Of a stretch of DNA of 64,000 nt, positions 38,397 to 50,719 are shown in pieces; the stretch's first letter is position 1, and each line of letters begins with the position of its first letter. The DNA lies in NCBI RefSeq assembly GCF_044704955.1, contig NC_091984.1:218488001-218552000 (forward strand). Reading direction: 5' to 3'. The notes below the pieces were generated by a model. That model saw only the letters and a program-made list of their open reading frames with translations. It made no database searches and was not told the DNA's origin. Both the position numbers and the translations under genes were made by a program. Source of the stretch: Pristiophorus japonicus. Lineage: Eukaryota.

Positions 38397-38647
38397 TATG
38401 TTAAGCCACGGAAATCTGAGCTGCGAGGCGTAGAGCGCCTGCCTGCTAAGTATGCAGTGGAGCTGCTGACTATTTACGCCTGGGAGCAAGGCAATGGGAT
38501 GGAGAGATTTTCCACGGCTGAAGGGTTTCGGACAGTCCTTGAACTGATCTGCAGATATCGGGAGCTGTGCATCTACTGGACCGAGTACTACAACGTCAAA
38601 AATAAAGTTATTGCAGACTTTCTAATTCAGAAACTCCGCGGCAACAG
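38397..38647 (+). CDS. OAS: OAS/OASL-like copy 2, exon 4 (LPAKYAVELLTIYAWEQG...FRTVLELI...LCIYWT.YY)
   Basis: OAS C-lobe motifs; acceptor ctctag, donor AG|GTAAA, phase 2. Confidence 0.95.
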
Positions 38648-39044
38648 GTAAAATCTTCAACTACGTTTGAAACTATACCAATTATAGCTGCTCCAGTATT
38701 TTAAATTTAAATGAACCTTCTTCTGACCTACAGTACAGACAGTTACAACAGAAAGACTCTGCATTAATATTGAGCCTTATCACATCCTCAAGATGCCCCA
38801 AAGCTCTTCACAGCCTCCTCAATAACAAACCATGTGTTCTGACACCTTTCTTTACCTCCAAAAATTGACTCCTCCAATGCCAAGTGTAAGGACCTCATAG
38901 AGCTTTCCATCTCCAACTGCCTTCTCCTCCACCCGACCTTCCCCATGTTTTCAGCTCCATCACCTCCAACTCCATGTGACTCTAGCTTCTCCCGGTTAGC
39001 CCTCAATAGACTCATCTTATACATGAAACCTATCTCTTATTCAC

Positions 39045-39319
39045 TGTAGTGTCCCTGCACCTTACTACAAACTCACACGAGGCATATATATATATATATA
39101 TCAGACACGGTCACTCTGTGACCTTCACCTTTATTCCCAGGACCAAGGAGTGCTGACCCTGGGTGGGACCTCCCCTTTTATACCTGGAAACCCAGGTGAG
39201 GAGTGTCTCCTGCAAGTTCACCCCCTGTGGTCAGGGTGTGCATTTTTCGGGTACAGGTACAGTGTACATGAGTTACAGTTACATGACTATGTCATTGCAA
39301 GATGGTTAAATACATGACA
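39045..39319 (-). mobile_element. Solo LTR (275 bp) in intron 4
   Basis: TG...CA termini; 5-bp TSD TTCAC (39040-39044 / 39320-39324). Confidence 0.8.
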
Positions 39320-40007
39320 TTCACCATAATCGCCTCGGCCCAACCAACTCCTAAGCACAAAGCTACCATTCTTTGGCACACTGCTTGCTGACAGTATTAA
39401 TGGATCATAGGCTGGATGGGTGTCGGGGGCTGGAAATCGAAGGCCCGAAGGAGCAGGTTTGAAGCTCGGAGATTGAGGGCGAAGGGGTGGGCCAGGGATC
39501 AAAGGCTGGAAGTGTGTTCGGCGGCTTGGTGGGGGGAGGTCGGGCACGTCCAAAAAAAAAAATTACATTTAAGAAATCTCTCAGAACAATTGACTACCTG
39601 CGTGAATGAGACTCCGCAGTATCAACTACCCTATTTCCGGGCTGGAGATGATGAGTGGCATTGCAGGAAAATAAAGCGCGTCATTAAAATATGTCCTTAC
39701 GCGGTGAAGTACCAGCCCTAACTTTGTGCAGTGTGTTTAATCCATAATTAATACTGAAGTGTCGCTATTTTGTGAAACTTGGGAGGATTGGTGGTGAGCT
39801 GCCGTTTTTGTGAGGCTATTGGTGGAGCAGTGCAAAATGTCCAGCAATTTGTGGCATTTTACAACTCGCGGGGTATCTCTGCCTCACCACACATTGCTCG
39901 ACGATTTACACACTATTAGTGGTGAGCGCCATTAAACTCAATGTTATGTTGCCAGCAAATCCGGGCCCACTCTTAATGATTGTTGTTGGTACGGTTTTAT
40001 TTTTCAG

Positions 40008-40140
40008 ACCAATCATTCTTGACCCAGCTGATCTGACTGGAAATGTGGGTGCAGCGACTGGGTGGCACGTGATGGTAGATGAGGCAAGAAAATGCCTGAG
40101 CCAGACATGTGTCTCTGGAGTCCGAGCGTGGAATGTCCAG
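40008..40140 (+). CDS. OAS: OAS/OASL-like copy 2, exon 5 (RPIILDPADLTGNVG...WNVQ)
   Basis: OAS signature RP.ILDPAD.T.N; acceptor ttttcag, phase-0 donor GTAAAA. Confidence 0.95.
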
Positions 40141-40840
40141 GTAAAATGGTTTTAATAAATAATGCAGTTTTGATACAAGGGAATGTAGATCGTAGAGAAT
40201 GTAGAGAATGTAGAGATTGTGATGTTAGAGCCAGGAGTTCCTTCTGTCTAGAATAGATTTGAACTCAGGTCACGGAGGTGAATGGACATCGTTCTCATTA
40301 TTTACCTCAATCTTCAATTGGAACCTTTATTCTTTTCATCGGGGCCGGCAATGATAGCCCAGCTGTCAATCATTAAAGATATATGAAAGCCGCACTAATC
40401 AGAAACTCCCCAGGTTCAATCCTCAGTCCGTACTGATTTCGCTGATCTCAGCTGGGTGACTGTGGGAGTGCAACAATTGGCCTCAGCACCCCTGTATGGG
40501 AGGTGGGGAAGGAAATAGCTGAGATTCCCACTGACCATTTATTGTATGTGTGTGGACATCGGATAAGTACAGGATCAGACTTGGTTGTGAAGCCCTCCAT
40601 GGTTGAATGTTCGAACAACACTTACTGTCCAAGCTCACACATGAAGATTGGCCACTTGTGTGAGGTACTATAGTGTCGCTATCACCTCAGCAAGACTCAA
40701 TCAGGAGAGAACAGCAAGAAAATTAAGGAAATATAATTATCGCAACACTGATAAAAAGGACATAAATGACTGTGTCTTTTCCTGCTCTCAAATTAAGAAA
40801 GCACAAAGATTTTATTTCTTGTGTTCTTTTCTTGTCTTAG

Positions 40841-40870
40841 CCGGTGAAGGTTGGATTCTTCCCCGTTTGA
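40841..40870 (+). CDS. OAS: OAS/OASL-like copy 2, predicted terminal coding exon (PVKVGFFPV*), giving about 351 aa in total
   Basis: Strong polypyrimidine tract and ttag acceptor at 40840; TGA at 40868-40870; AATAAA at 41488-41493. Confidence 0.65.
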   Translation, partial: PVKVGFFPV

Positions 40871-40979
40871 TCTGCCTGACAATATTCACAACAACATCTC
40901 AATGATCAAACATCAAATCCAGCAAGACAGGAACATCCCAGCTCACCAGCAGTGCCCGATGTTGAATGAAATTAGTTGA
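40848..40979 (+). pseudogene. Out-of-frame ubiquitin-like domain remnant in the last OAS exon
   Basis: The +1 frame reads NNISMIKHQIQQDRNIPAHQQCPML, compared with ubiquitin [25 protein letters not shown]. Confidence 0.7.
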
Positions 40980-42634
40980 AACAGTTTTGTAACAGATAAG
41001 ATCTGATTAATGCAAAAGCATCTACAATTTAAATAGAATACATATGCAGAATGAGGTCATCATCATGGGTAGCACATTTGTAACAGGGTAAGGCTTAAAT
41101 GTGGGTGATTCTGTGCATTCTGCAACATGTATGTTCAAGTATCAGTCATTGAAAGAATGGTACCTAGAGTGGATTATATTTACCCCCATCCCTCCAGAGA
41201 ACATTACAGATTTTGCCCATTTATTTGTTTAGTTAGACTGTGGTCCCACCGCCCGCTCCTCCAGGGCAGTTGGTGTGACTGGTGTCTGCCTGGGAATTGG
41301 GGTCAGTCTGTGCTTTGCACCATAACTTGCGGCTCCTGTCTGCTCTGTCAGTGCACGTTGAAGATGGCGGCCACTGGCCAGTTGGGAGGAGCGCTGCTCT
41401 GCTCAAAATTAACTGAATAATCATTATTTACATTTATTTTACACTTTGTATCAGCAGCAATTCTGTTGCCAACTGCAGCAGTGAGTAAATAAAGTTCCTT
41501 AGATTATCAGACTGGTTTTGCTCATTTGTAGATTATGTGTTCATTTACTGTAATTATCTGTTATGAATATTTTACAAGTTTGTTTATATATATATATATA
41601 TATATAGCGTGAGTAGTTTATTTGCCAAGTAAATTGTATGTATAAAAATAATCATAATATCATAGAATCATATGGCACAGAAGGAGGCCATTGGGCCCAT
41701 CATGTCTGAGCTGCCTCTCTTCCACACCTGGATGCACTGCAAGTAATGGTTTCACCTGCCAGCCAATCCTTCTCTCACCTTTAACCTTCAAACAAAAAGC
41801 GAAATACTGCAGATGCTGGAACCACTCAGCGGGCCAGGCAGCATCTGTGGAGAGACCAGACAAGCGTTTTTTTTTGGTTTCAGACCTTTTGTGAAAATTG
41901 GAAGATATGACCAATCAGCAGCAGTTAAAAAGGACCAGAGCACGGGAAGGGGGAGGGAAAACACACACAGGGAAAGAAATAGAAAGATCAGCATACTGCT
42001 TACGTGCAAAACAGGAGATAGTTAAATGGCAGAAGTGATATTAGGATGAGAAATAACAACAACAACTTGTATCTATTTAGCGCCTTCAACATTGTGAAAC
42101 ATCTCAAGGCACTTTACAGCTGTATTATGCAATAAATATTTGACATCGAGCCGCATAAGTAGATATTAGCGCAGGTGATGAGGTATATTATAAGGAGCAT
42201 CTTGAAGGAAGAAAGAGAGGTAGAGAGGAAGAAAGGTTTAGGCAGGGAATTCCAGAGCTTGGGGCCGAGCCACCAAGGCACGGCCACCAATGGTTGAGCA
42301 ATTATAATAAGGGATACTCAGGAGGGCCGAATTAGAGGAGCGCAGAAATCTTGGGGGTTTGTGGGGTCTTGCTGTTGTTAATTGGATACTGAGACACCCC
42401 ACATTTTGTATGAGACGGGAGGTCCGCTTACAGAAATGGCCATTGACCTGTGATGTCTTGGATTTCTCCTGGGTTGTCCAAGCCAGTGGCTCTCAAACTG
42501 GGCTCCATGGACCCCTGGGGGACATTAGAGACTTTCCAGGAGGTCCTTACAATAATTTGCAAATGCTGACTGAGCAGGGGGTTTATGCAAATGGTGGTGT
42601 TTAATGGGGTTGATCCAGAGGATGGGCAGCTGGG

Positions 42635-43470
42635 ACATAAAATAGTAGGCCATTCGGCCCTTTGAGCCTGTACCACCATTCAATAAGATCATGGCTGATC
42701 ATTTACTCAGTACCCCTTTCCTGCTTTCTCTCCATACTCCTTGATCCCTTTAGCCGTAAAGGCCATATCTAACTCCCTCTTGAATATATCTAATGAACTG
42801 GCATCAACAACTCTCTGCGGTAGGGAATTCCACAGGTTAACAACTCTCTGAGTGAAGAAGTTTCTCCTCATCTCAGTCCTAAATGGCATACCCCTTATCC
42901 TTAGACTGTGTCCCCTGGTTCTGGACTTCCCCAACATCGAGAACATTCTTCCTGCATTTAACCTGTCCAGCCCCGTCAGAATCTTATATGTTTCTATGAG
43001 ATCCCCTCTCATCCTTCTAAACTCCAGTGTATAACGGCCCAGTTGATACAGTCTCTCCTCATATGTCAGTCCTGCCATCCCGGGAATCAGTCTGGTGAAC
43101 CTTTGCTGCACTCCCACAATAGCAAGAACGTCCTTCCTCAGATTAGGAGACCAAAACTGAACATAATATTCTAGGTGAGGCCTCACCAAAGCTCTGTACA
43201 ACTGCAGTAAGACCTCCCTGCTCCTATACTCAAATCCCCTAGCCATGAAGGCCAACATACCATTTGCCTTCCTCACCCACTGCTGTACCTGCATGGCAAC
43301 TTTCAATGACTGATGAACCATAACACCCAGGTCTCATTGCAACTCCCCTTTACCAAATCTGCCGCCATTCAGCTAATATTCTGCCTTTGTGTTTTTGCCA
43401 CCAAAGTGGATAACCTCACATTTATCCACATTATACTGCATCTGCAATGCATTTGCCCACTCACCTAACC
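42635..43470 (-). mobile_element. CR1 LINE 3' fragment
   Basis: ORF 42707..43321(-) encodes the CR1 C-terminus. Confidence 0.9.
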
Positions 43471-43721
43471 TCCTGCAGCAGGTCAACAGACTCCTGCAGC
43501 CAACATTAAGCACAGATTTCACCCATTCCCGCTCAGGTACTAATCCCTGCCTTCCCCAGATTCCAGTACTCAGAGTTCTGATCGTACTTTAAACAAGATG
43601 ACTCTGTGCAAATATATATTGGGCCCTTAGAAAGGGTTTGCTGAGAACAGATACAGGACACCAGCAAACTACGTGCTGGGGTTGCTTCAGATGTCTGATG
43701 TCAACCTGCTGCATGTCATTG

Positions 43722-43787
43722 AACTCATTAGAACTCATTTTAGTGTGGAAGCAAGTCATCCTCGACTCCGGGGACTGCCTATGATGA
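43722..43787 (+). mobile_element. Extremely 5'-truncated non-LTR (RTE-like) 3' end with a 12-bp TSD
   Basis: TSD TGCATGTCATTG at 43710-43721 and 43788-43799; (ATG)n tail; a related insert lies at about 54517-54575. Confidence 0.7.
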
Positions 43788-44857
43788 TGCATGTCATTGG
43801 TAATCTGATCCGAACTCTTGTACTCAGTAAGAAAATCCCTGACTCCCGTGAAGCGAAAGATGAGAAATAACGATCTGTGAAACAAATTCAGTAAAATGCA
43901 CAATGTAGCAATGATCAAATATCACTTTCAAAGGCAGCTAAACAAAGGGCACCAGCAAGTCACCTTCTCCTTTCAGCATCGATGCAAATGTTGATTGTGA
44001 AATCAAACTGAGTGAGCACACTCCAGAATTCGTGTCGCCAGTACCGTTTCAAAGTAAAATACATTTTTGGAGGTTTATTAATTTTACCAAATGTCACTTG
44101 TAAAATAAGTATCCTCACAGAGTTTATGCTTCTTTTCATCTCTCTTGTTTCTGTGATTCTCGTTTTTCTCTGCTGTTTCTGTATTTCTTTCTTTCTGCTG
44201 CTTGATTATATTTGCTTGCAGCTCTCTCCTTTCTTATCCCAGTGCCTTCCCATACACAACTGAACTGGAGTTAAGGATTGCGTGCAGTTCTGGACACCCC
44301 ATTATAGGAAATATATTAGAGCCATAGGAATGCTGCAGCTAAGATTAACCAGCATTATTATAGTCAGACGGGGGATCCGTGATCCTTCATTTGGTCCTTC
44401 AACCAAAAAAGTTTGAGAAACACTGGTTTAAGCACAAAGTTTTTAATTTATGATATTTCTGTACTGCTTGGATCAGCTTGTAAGCAGTCACCCAGGAAAT
44501 TTTCAGAGGGGTGTTAGTGGACTTCCAGGGTTGATGGGTCAGCAATGATACTTAAATAAAAACAGAAAAAGCTGCAAATACTCAGCAGGTCAGGCAGCAG
44601 CTGAGAGAGAAACAGAGTTAATGGGCAGAATTTTACTTACCTTGTGTATCCGGTGAGCTCGGTGTCCGTGGCGGGTCCCGATCCCACTTCTGGCTCCATC
44701 CCGCTGTACAAAATGAACTTACCTTAATGGAGCCCATTAAGCCCGCCCTCAACACTACCTGGCTGAATTAGATGGAGTGGTTTGGTGATGTCTTTTAAGC
44801 CGGGATACTTAAAAGGACACTGACCACATCAAATTTTACGTTTTAGCCACAGTGTTA

Positions 44858-45287
44858 GCTGTGGCTCAGTGGGTAGCACCCTTGCCTCTGAGTCAGTTGG
44901 TTGTGGGTTCAAGACCCACTCCAGTGACTTGAGCACAACAAATCTAGGCTGACACTCCAGGGCAATAGTGTTGTAGGTACAGCCTTTCAGATGAGATGTT
45001 AAATCGAGGCCCCGTCTTCTCTCTCAAGTGGACATAAAAGATCCCATGGCACTATCTCAAAGAAGAGCAGGGGTGTTATCCCTAGTGTACTGGCCAATAT
45101 TTATCCATCAATCAAACAAAACAAAGAAAAGATTATCTGGTCATTATCACATTGCTGTTTGTGAGAGTTTGCTTGTGCACAAATTAGCCTCTGTGTTTCC
45201 TAAATTAAATCAGTGGCTACAATCAAAAAGTACTTTGGCATATCTGGTGCTCGTTAAAGGCGCTATATAATTTCAAGTCTTTCTTTT
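44858..45287 (+). mobile_element. tRNA-derived SINE with a Deu-like central domain
   Basis: Pol III A box TGGCTCAGTGG (44862-44872) and B box GGTTCAAGACC (44906-44916); core 'aaaagatcccatggcactat...gaagagcagggg...ctggccaatattt'; a partial copy lies at about 37660-37930. Confidence 0.7.
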
Positions 45288-47953
45288 AATCTAACATAGT
45301 GGGTGTTGAATCTTTACTGTACAATAATATAATAAAGCTTATATATGAGTGACAAAGAAATATTTAAATAATATTGTCATTAAGTAATGTGACTCAATCT
45401 ACAAATATGATCAAGAACATAGTTTACAAAATACATTCATTGGGAAATTATTGATGCTTTAGTCACTTATCCATAGACCATTGTATCTGTAACTGGTACA
45501 AATAAAATTTGTGTGTATATGTAAGACATAAAATTAAGCAGATTTTAAATGTAGTTGTAAAGGGGTGGATTTACAATCTTAAGCAAGTTCAGCAGAAGAG
45601 CTGCGGAATCCATGACAAACAGTGTGAGTGGTGCTTACAGTGTGTTTCTGTGATTTCTGCAGCTCTTCTGTTGAAGTTAATAATGGACAAGTGAAAGAAC
45701 CTCCGCAAAAAATCACCCTAAAGTCTCAGACTGTAAAATTAAATTCGTCATATTCAGGGACTGAAGGCAAATTGAACCAGTGGAATGAGTGATGAGAATG
45801 AAATTGTTACGGTTGATGACTTGATTTAAAGTGTAACTGAACAATCACAGTGTACTGTGAGAAAAATCTGACAGAAGCAATACAAAAATGCATTTGAATT
45901 GTATACGTAATTTTTTATAGTGCAGATCAATTCACTGCAATTACTGTTGAGTTAGAAGGCAACAGCCGAGAATGGTCAGTGAAAAATGTTTTTCCCTCGC
46001 ATTTATATCCCTTCAGGAATTTCTGAACTAACATTTACCAGTAGCTTTTCAAGTACAACAGAATCTCCATCAATCTGTGAGCTGATGTAATCAATATGTT
46101 TTTAGTTTGGTCTGTTTTCCATGCTGTCTATTAATCAGCTGGAGCAATGGCCATGGAACTCATGCCTCGGTTTGACAGATGTGGTTCCCATGGCCATGTA
46201 GGGAAATTTATAAATAGGGGGAAACGGCTCTTACACGCCTGTAAAGCATCTCATAATGATCTCAATTGGGTCCCCCACTGCTGCAGGTCAGGTCAGCTCC
46301 AAGATAACAGATGCACCTGTGGGAAAGGAGCGTGGGAAAAAATTGATAGCAGGTTCCCGACCCGCTGTCGATAAGACTAACTTTCCCGCTCGGCCCACCA
46401 CCGATTGTGCCAACTATCACCACAGAAAATTCAGCCCAAAGTTTCAGGTGTAAGTGAATTTTTAACACCGTGATCAGTCATGATTACAGCCAATCGACCT
46501 CTCTGATACTGAAAATTATATTTTATGAATGTGGAATCATATTCGTTCAAACTTGAATTAGTTTTGGAGATTTAAAAAAAAATGTAAATAATTTTTTTGG
46601 TACTTTTTCTGTCTGTCTCCTTTATCTCCCTTAATCCCATCTTTCTTTCCCAATCTTTATTTCGCTTTCTGTACATGTTTGAAATCTAATCTATACATCC
46701 TGGTGTGCTTCAGTAAGGATTCTTCAATCAGATTGGTTGAAGAGCCTCACTGTTAATTCACCTGCTCACAACACCACATATCCACTGTAGAGGGGCAGCA
46801 TTTATCAGATCCCCAAATACAGCAATTCTCCGCTCAAAGCCCCCCAAAACACTGGGCAGCATTCAGCATAGTGAATGGCGAGCACTGCTCCTTTACTGCT
46901 GACCACAAGTTCCAGGCCAACATAATAATCCAACTGTGCAAAATATGGAATGGCGATTTGGGCTGGTGAGATTGGTTGACACGGTTACTAGGTGCCTCAG
47001 TCACAGCCCATTCTTTCATCAACATTTGGTTAGGGCGATTCATCTAAAACTGGATTTAAATATGGATCCCGAATGTAACGCATGCAGATCCACAGACAAT
47101 TAACAGCATCACGCACAAGAGAGGCAATTAAACAAATATTTAGATTTTTATTAAACAGCTTTAGTTTCAATTTACATTGGATATTTGGCCAGATACAAAG
47201 TCCAGGCCTGATACACTCTGCTTTATAAAACACTACATACTCATACAAAAGCATTCCTATGCTGAACACATACATATCTCCTAGAACACACTAAGGCCAA
47301 AGCAATTACTTGCAGATTACCTAGAATCATTTTAAAGTGAAGCAGGAAGACTATCTTTTTATGATCTTTTTATGGGGAATTTTTGGCTTCAACACAGTGA
47401 TGCACAGTGTATCATTTTTGGAATTGACACAGCGATTATCTTATGGCCCCTCTGAGTGAGAAAGTCCATTAATACTGAATGAGTTTTGTGCTGTGCACTC
47501 ATTAGGGGCCAGATTGAGATCAGCCGAACTCTTCAGTAGAACCCTGAAGGGTAACCCATGAGTCCGGGCTTGATTTGAATAGAAGTATCAGAGGTCAAAG
47601 ATCAGTATCGAACACACAGCATCACCAGTCCCCGATTCCTGCTGTGATTAATTACGTTGCTCTTCCTTGTAAAGCTCACATCCTGTGTCTTATATCAACA
47701 TCTTTCCCACGCTGAGAATGCAGGAAGGTGACCTGCTCCCAGGCCTCAGTCACCATCATTCTAGAGCCAGACATTAATATGTGACTAAACTTGATGCTGT
47801 TAGAGTGAACCAGGGGAGACTGGAATGAGAAGCAAAGTGCAATGGACAAGTCAGCGACTGTACATCTTGGCCACTTACAAACTGCGCATTAGAAACCGTA
47901 ATCTTATGAAAAAAGTGGAGAATTTCCACAGTACAAACCGCTGCAAGCACAGG

Positions 47954-48421
47954 TTAACCACCCCGTAGACGCAGCAGGAGAAAGATGGTGCCCTGAGACT
48001 GAATGTTATAGTCAGAGAGCAACTGACCATCTTCCAGCTGTTTCCCCTCATACATCAGGCGCTGCTGGTTGGGTGGGACTCCCTCCTGCCGTTGTACTCG
48101 TGCTCTAAAAGCCTGAACAGACTCAGAGGGCAGAACTTCATGTGTAGATATTTTCCCCTTCTCGTTCCTCAGGAATATCTGCATGCGCTCCTCGTTCTTG
48201 ACGATCAGCATGATACCGTCGCTGGGATAGACACGGTAGTCGGACAGCCTCCTGTCATCCTTCAGCTCCACACTGCTCCCGTTCTGCACCACCAGACGCT
48301 GTTGGAAATTGGACACCCCGGTCTTTTCAGATATTTTCATCTTGAGAGTCGACACTTGGATGGAAGGATCGACCTCAAGTTCGATAAACTCGCCGGTCAT
48401 AAACTTCACCTGGAGTCTCAT
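47954..48421 (-). CDS. ISG15: ISG15-like di-ubiquitin-like modifier, 155 aa, ending LRLRGG*
   Basis: Two tandem UBL domains (QQRLVV..., [14 protein letters not shown]) and the C-terminal conjugation motif directly before the stop. Splice acceptor caacag 13 nt upstream of the ATG; AATAAA on the - strand at 47147-47152. Confidence 0.9.
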   Translation of the reverse strand: MRLQVKFMTGEFIELEVDPSIQVSTLKMKISEKTGVSNFQQRLVVQNGSSVELKDDRRLSDYRVYPSDGIMLIVKNEERMQIFLRNEKGKISTHEVLPSESVQAFRARVQRQEGVPPNQQRLMYEGKQLEDGQLLSDYNIQSQGTIFLLLRLRGG

Positions 48422-49138
48422 CTCAGGCAAATTGCTGTTGAGAGATGAATAGGACGTTAGTGTTGGGGACGCTTATATCACAGATCAATGGCAAAGAATT
48501 AATGGTAGAATTTTAAACACACTACAGGTTGTCCCAGGCATTGGCTGTACAGGCAGATGCTGAGGATCAACTCCTGTGTAAATGCACCCACAGTAATCCC
48601 AATCCAATCTGGCTTCCTACTTATAGCTGAATCCCAAACAAACCAATATTCTTCACAAACTCCTGAGTGACAGCCAGGCAAAAAAAATGGCAGATTCCTA
48701 ATCTGATCTCCCTTTTGAATTGAGAAGTGTCTGTTCTGCCCTATCCCAACATTGTTAAAATATTCAGGGATTCGGGGATGTGCTGGGTAATGAGGTGCAA
48801 TACTGGGTATCTGCCAGAAGAAGGCCTCAGTGAGCTGTGTAACCTTTCAGAATCTGAGACTCGGGTTAGCGGCGAGCTCGGAACCTGTGCTGTGAAATTC
48901 TGTGGGTTTTCTCATGATCTATGAACGAAATCTGTTCAGTTATGGAAAACCATGCAGTAGAGAGCTATCCTGTGCAGAAATGTTTTATCTCAGACTCAGA
49001 TGAGCCTTTCTCTTTTAAAAGCAAAAAAATTACCTTGATAATATCAGTTAATAAATGCTTGACGCATTATTTTAAACAGGTGAATGCCTTCGATAAAATG
49101 GCAGACAAATGGTTGTCACATAAACGTGTTAAATCTTT

Positions 49139-49912
49139 GGGGCCGAAAGTGCCCCTCTGGAAAGGGCGGTCCGTCCCTCCAGGTGGCGCTAAGGGGTTTC
49201 CGCCCGGGCGGAGCGGCCATCGCGCCCCCTCCCCAGAACATCCCCCGGGGATCGGCAGGCAGAATATGCTTTGTGCCGCGCCCCGCAATTAGCACACCGG
49301 TGTGACGCACACACGGCACTGTCGAGATCTAAGTGCACGCCGACCGCTTTGCACCCCGCGGGGGAAAGTGCTCCGCGGGACGTGCGGTTGGCGCGGGGCG
49401 AGGCCACCAACAGCTCCTCGGGGCGGAAAGCTGCGGTGCCCCGGCTGCCCTTAAAGGGGAGGTGGCAGCACGGCATCCGCCATCTTCTTTCTGTGGACCA
49501 ACTTTTCAGTCGGCCTGACAATCCTTGCCGCTATTGCGGCCGGTCCGCCAACATATAGCCCAGCACCTCATCTTGGGTGCCACACCGTTGTTCCCGCCGA
49601 CACCCTCCCTGGTGGCCCAGTGGGCGCCACTAAAGTGGCTGTAAAGCTCGCAGCTGCCCTGCCCTTTGACAGAAGCAGAGGGACGTTATGACGCAGCATG
49701 TCCGCGTGCCACTCACGTTATCAGCGCCGCTGATGTGCTCTGAGCAGTGCGTCCCATGAGCACCCCAGGAACGCCCCGTTACCGGCCCAACAGATGTTTT
49801 GACTCGAAGAGCCCAATTCCGGGAGAATTAGCGGCCTGTCTCGCCGGGCTCTACATTTCCATGTAATTCGATCTGTGCGCCCCAGTACCGGGGGTGGGGT
49901 AATTTCAGCCTC
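49139..49912. mobile_element. GC-rich MITE / non-autonomous DNA transposon (Harbinger-like) in the ISG15-like 5'UTR intron
   Basis: Imperfect TIRs GGGGCCGAAAGTGCCCC / GGGGTAATTTCAGCCTC; flanked by TTT on both sides. Confidence 0.6.
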
Positions 49913-50107
49913 TTTGTCTCCTAATATTGTCAACAATAACTTAGAGACTACAATTTTTTGATGATTCATTTGATATATTTTCTCACCTGGTTCAGAGAAT
50001 ACTAATTACTTATTTTAAATTGTGAATTTCATTGAGATTCAGAACAACCCACACTGAAGTCTAGAAATAGAATGTGAGATTCCTAAATAAAAGACAGGGT
50101 AACTCAC

Positions 50108-50340
50108 AATCCTTGCTGGAAGCACAAGTCCAGGCGAATCTGAAGGAAAGTTGATCTGCAGAAACCTTTCTGACTCACTTTTCTGAGCAGTTTGTCTTCT
50201 CTGTTTTTCTGCACACAGAATCTCTCAGATCTGGATGGAATAAGCGAATAAAACTCTGCTTCAACTGCTCTGTGTTTCGTTCCGTCTCTTCTGTGTGTCT
50301 CTCTCTCTCTGTTCAACAATACTCTCTCACTGTGTCTCTT
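50108..50340 (-). other. ISG15: Probable non-coding first exon of the ISG15-like gene
   Basis: Minus-strand donors GTGAGTT (from 50107) and GTGAGTC (from 50178) lie just downstream of the CCAAT/ISRE promoter; the TSS is not determined. Confidence 0.5.
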
Positions 50341-50385
50341 TTTGTACACAAACCCAATTTCTGAACGTTACAGCCTTGCTGCCCT

Positions 50386-50572
50386 CTGATTGGCTAACCC
50401 CCCCCCCCACCCCCCGCTCTGTTATCATTACAGACCAATGAGATCCGAGCTGAAGTTTCATTTCCCCAAAAATCCCCTCAGTGTTTGAGAATTGAGCTCA
50501 GTCAGCAGCTCTGACAGAACCTTGTTGCAGGTAACAGGTTCTGGGCTCTGATCTGTTGCACTTTCGATTTCC
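50386..50572 (-). promoter_or_regulatory. ISG15-like promoter: two CCAAT boxes and two ISREs
   Basis: Minus-strand GGGAAATGAAACT (50454-50466) and GGAAATCGAAAGT (50560-50572); CCAAT at about 50390 (-) and about 50435 (+). Confidence 0.75.
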
Positions 50573-50719
50573 TTCCCGATGCCACATTCTAAAACCACAT
50601 TCCAACATCACCTGAGCAGTGACTCAGGAGGATCCCCGCTGCCTGTTCCAAGCTGTAGTCGGGTATTGAACAGCTTTAGTCTTAAAAACACCAGCCCTAC
50701 ATTTATTGATGTAATCTGA

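Noticed and set aside
40841-40979. C-terminal CaaX prenylation motif as in OAS1 p46 (CPML)
   Set aside because: CPML is out of frame and not followed by a stop; the in-frame end is FFPV. It is better explained as a decayed QQRLM of a UBL.
44858-44930. tRNA gene
   Set aside because: The A and B boxes continue into a SINE body and tail; it is a tRNA-derived SINE head.
40140-48421. Splicing of OAS copy 2 to the di-ubiquitin ORF to make an OASL fusion
   Set aside because: The di-UBL ORF is on the opposite strand and has its own promoter and polyA signal.
47954-48430. Polyubiquitin or ubiquitin gene, and the TTG start at 48430
   Set aside because: Both domains are far too divergent from ubiquitin; the likely start is ATG 48421, after the splice acceptor.
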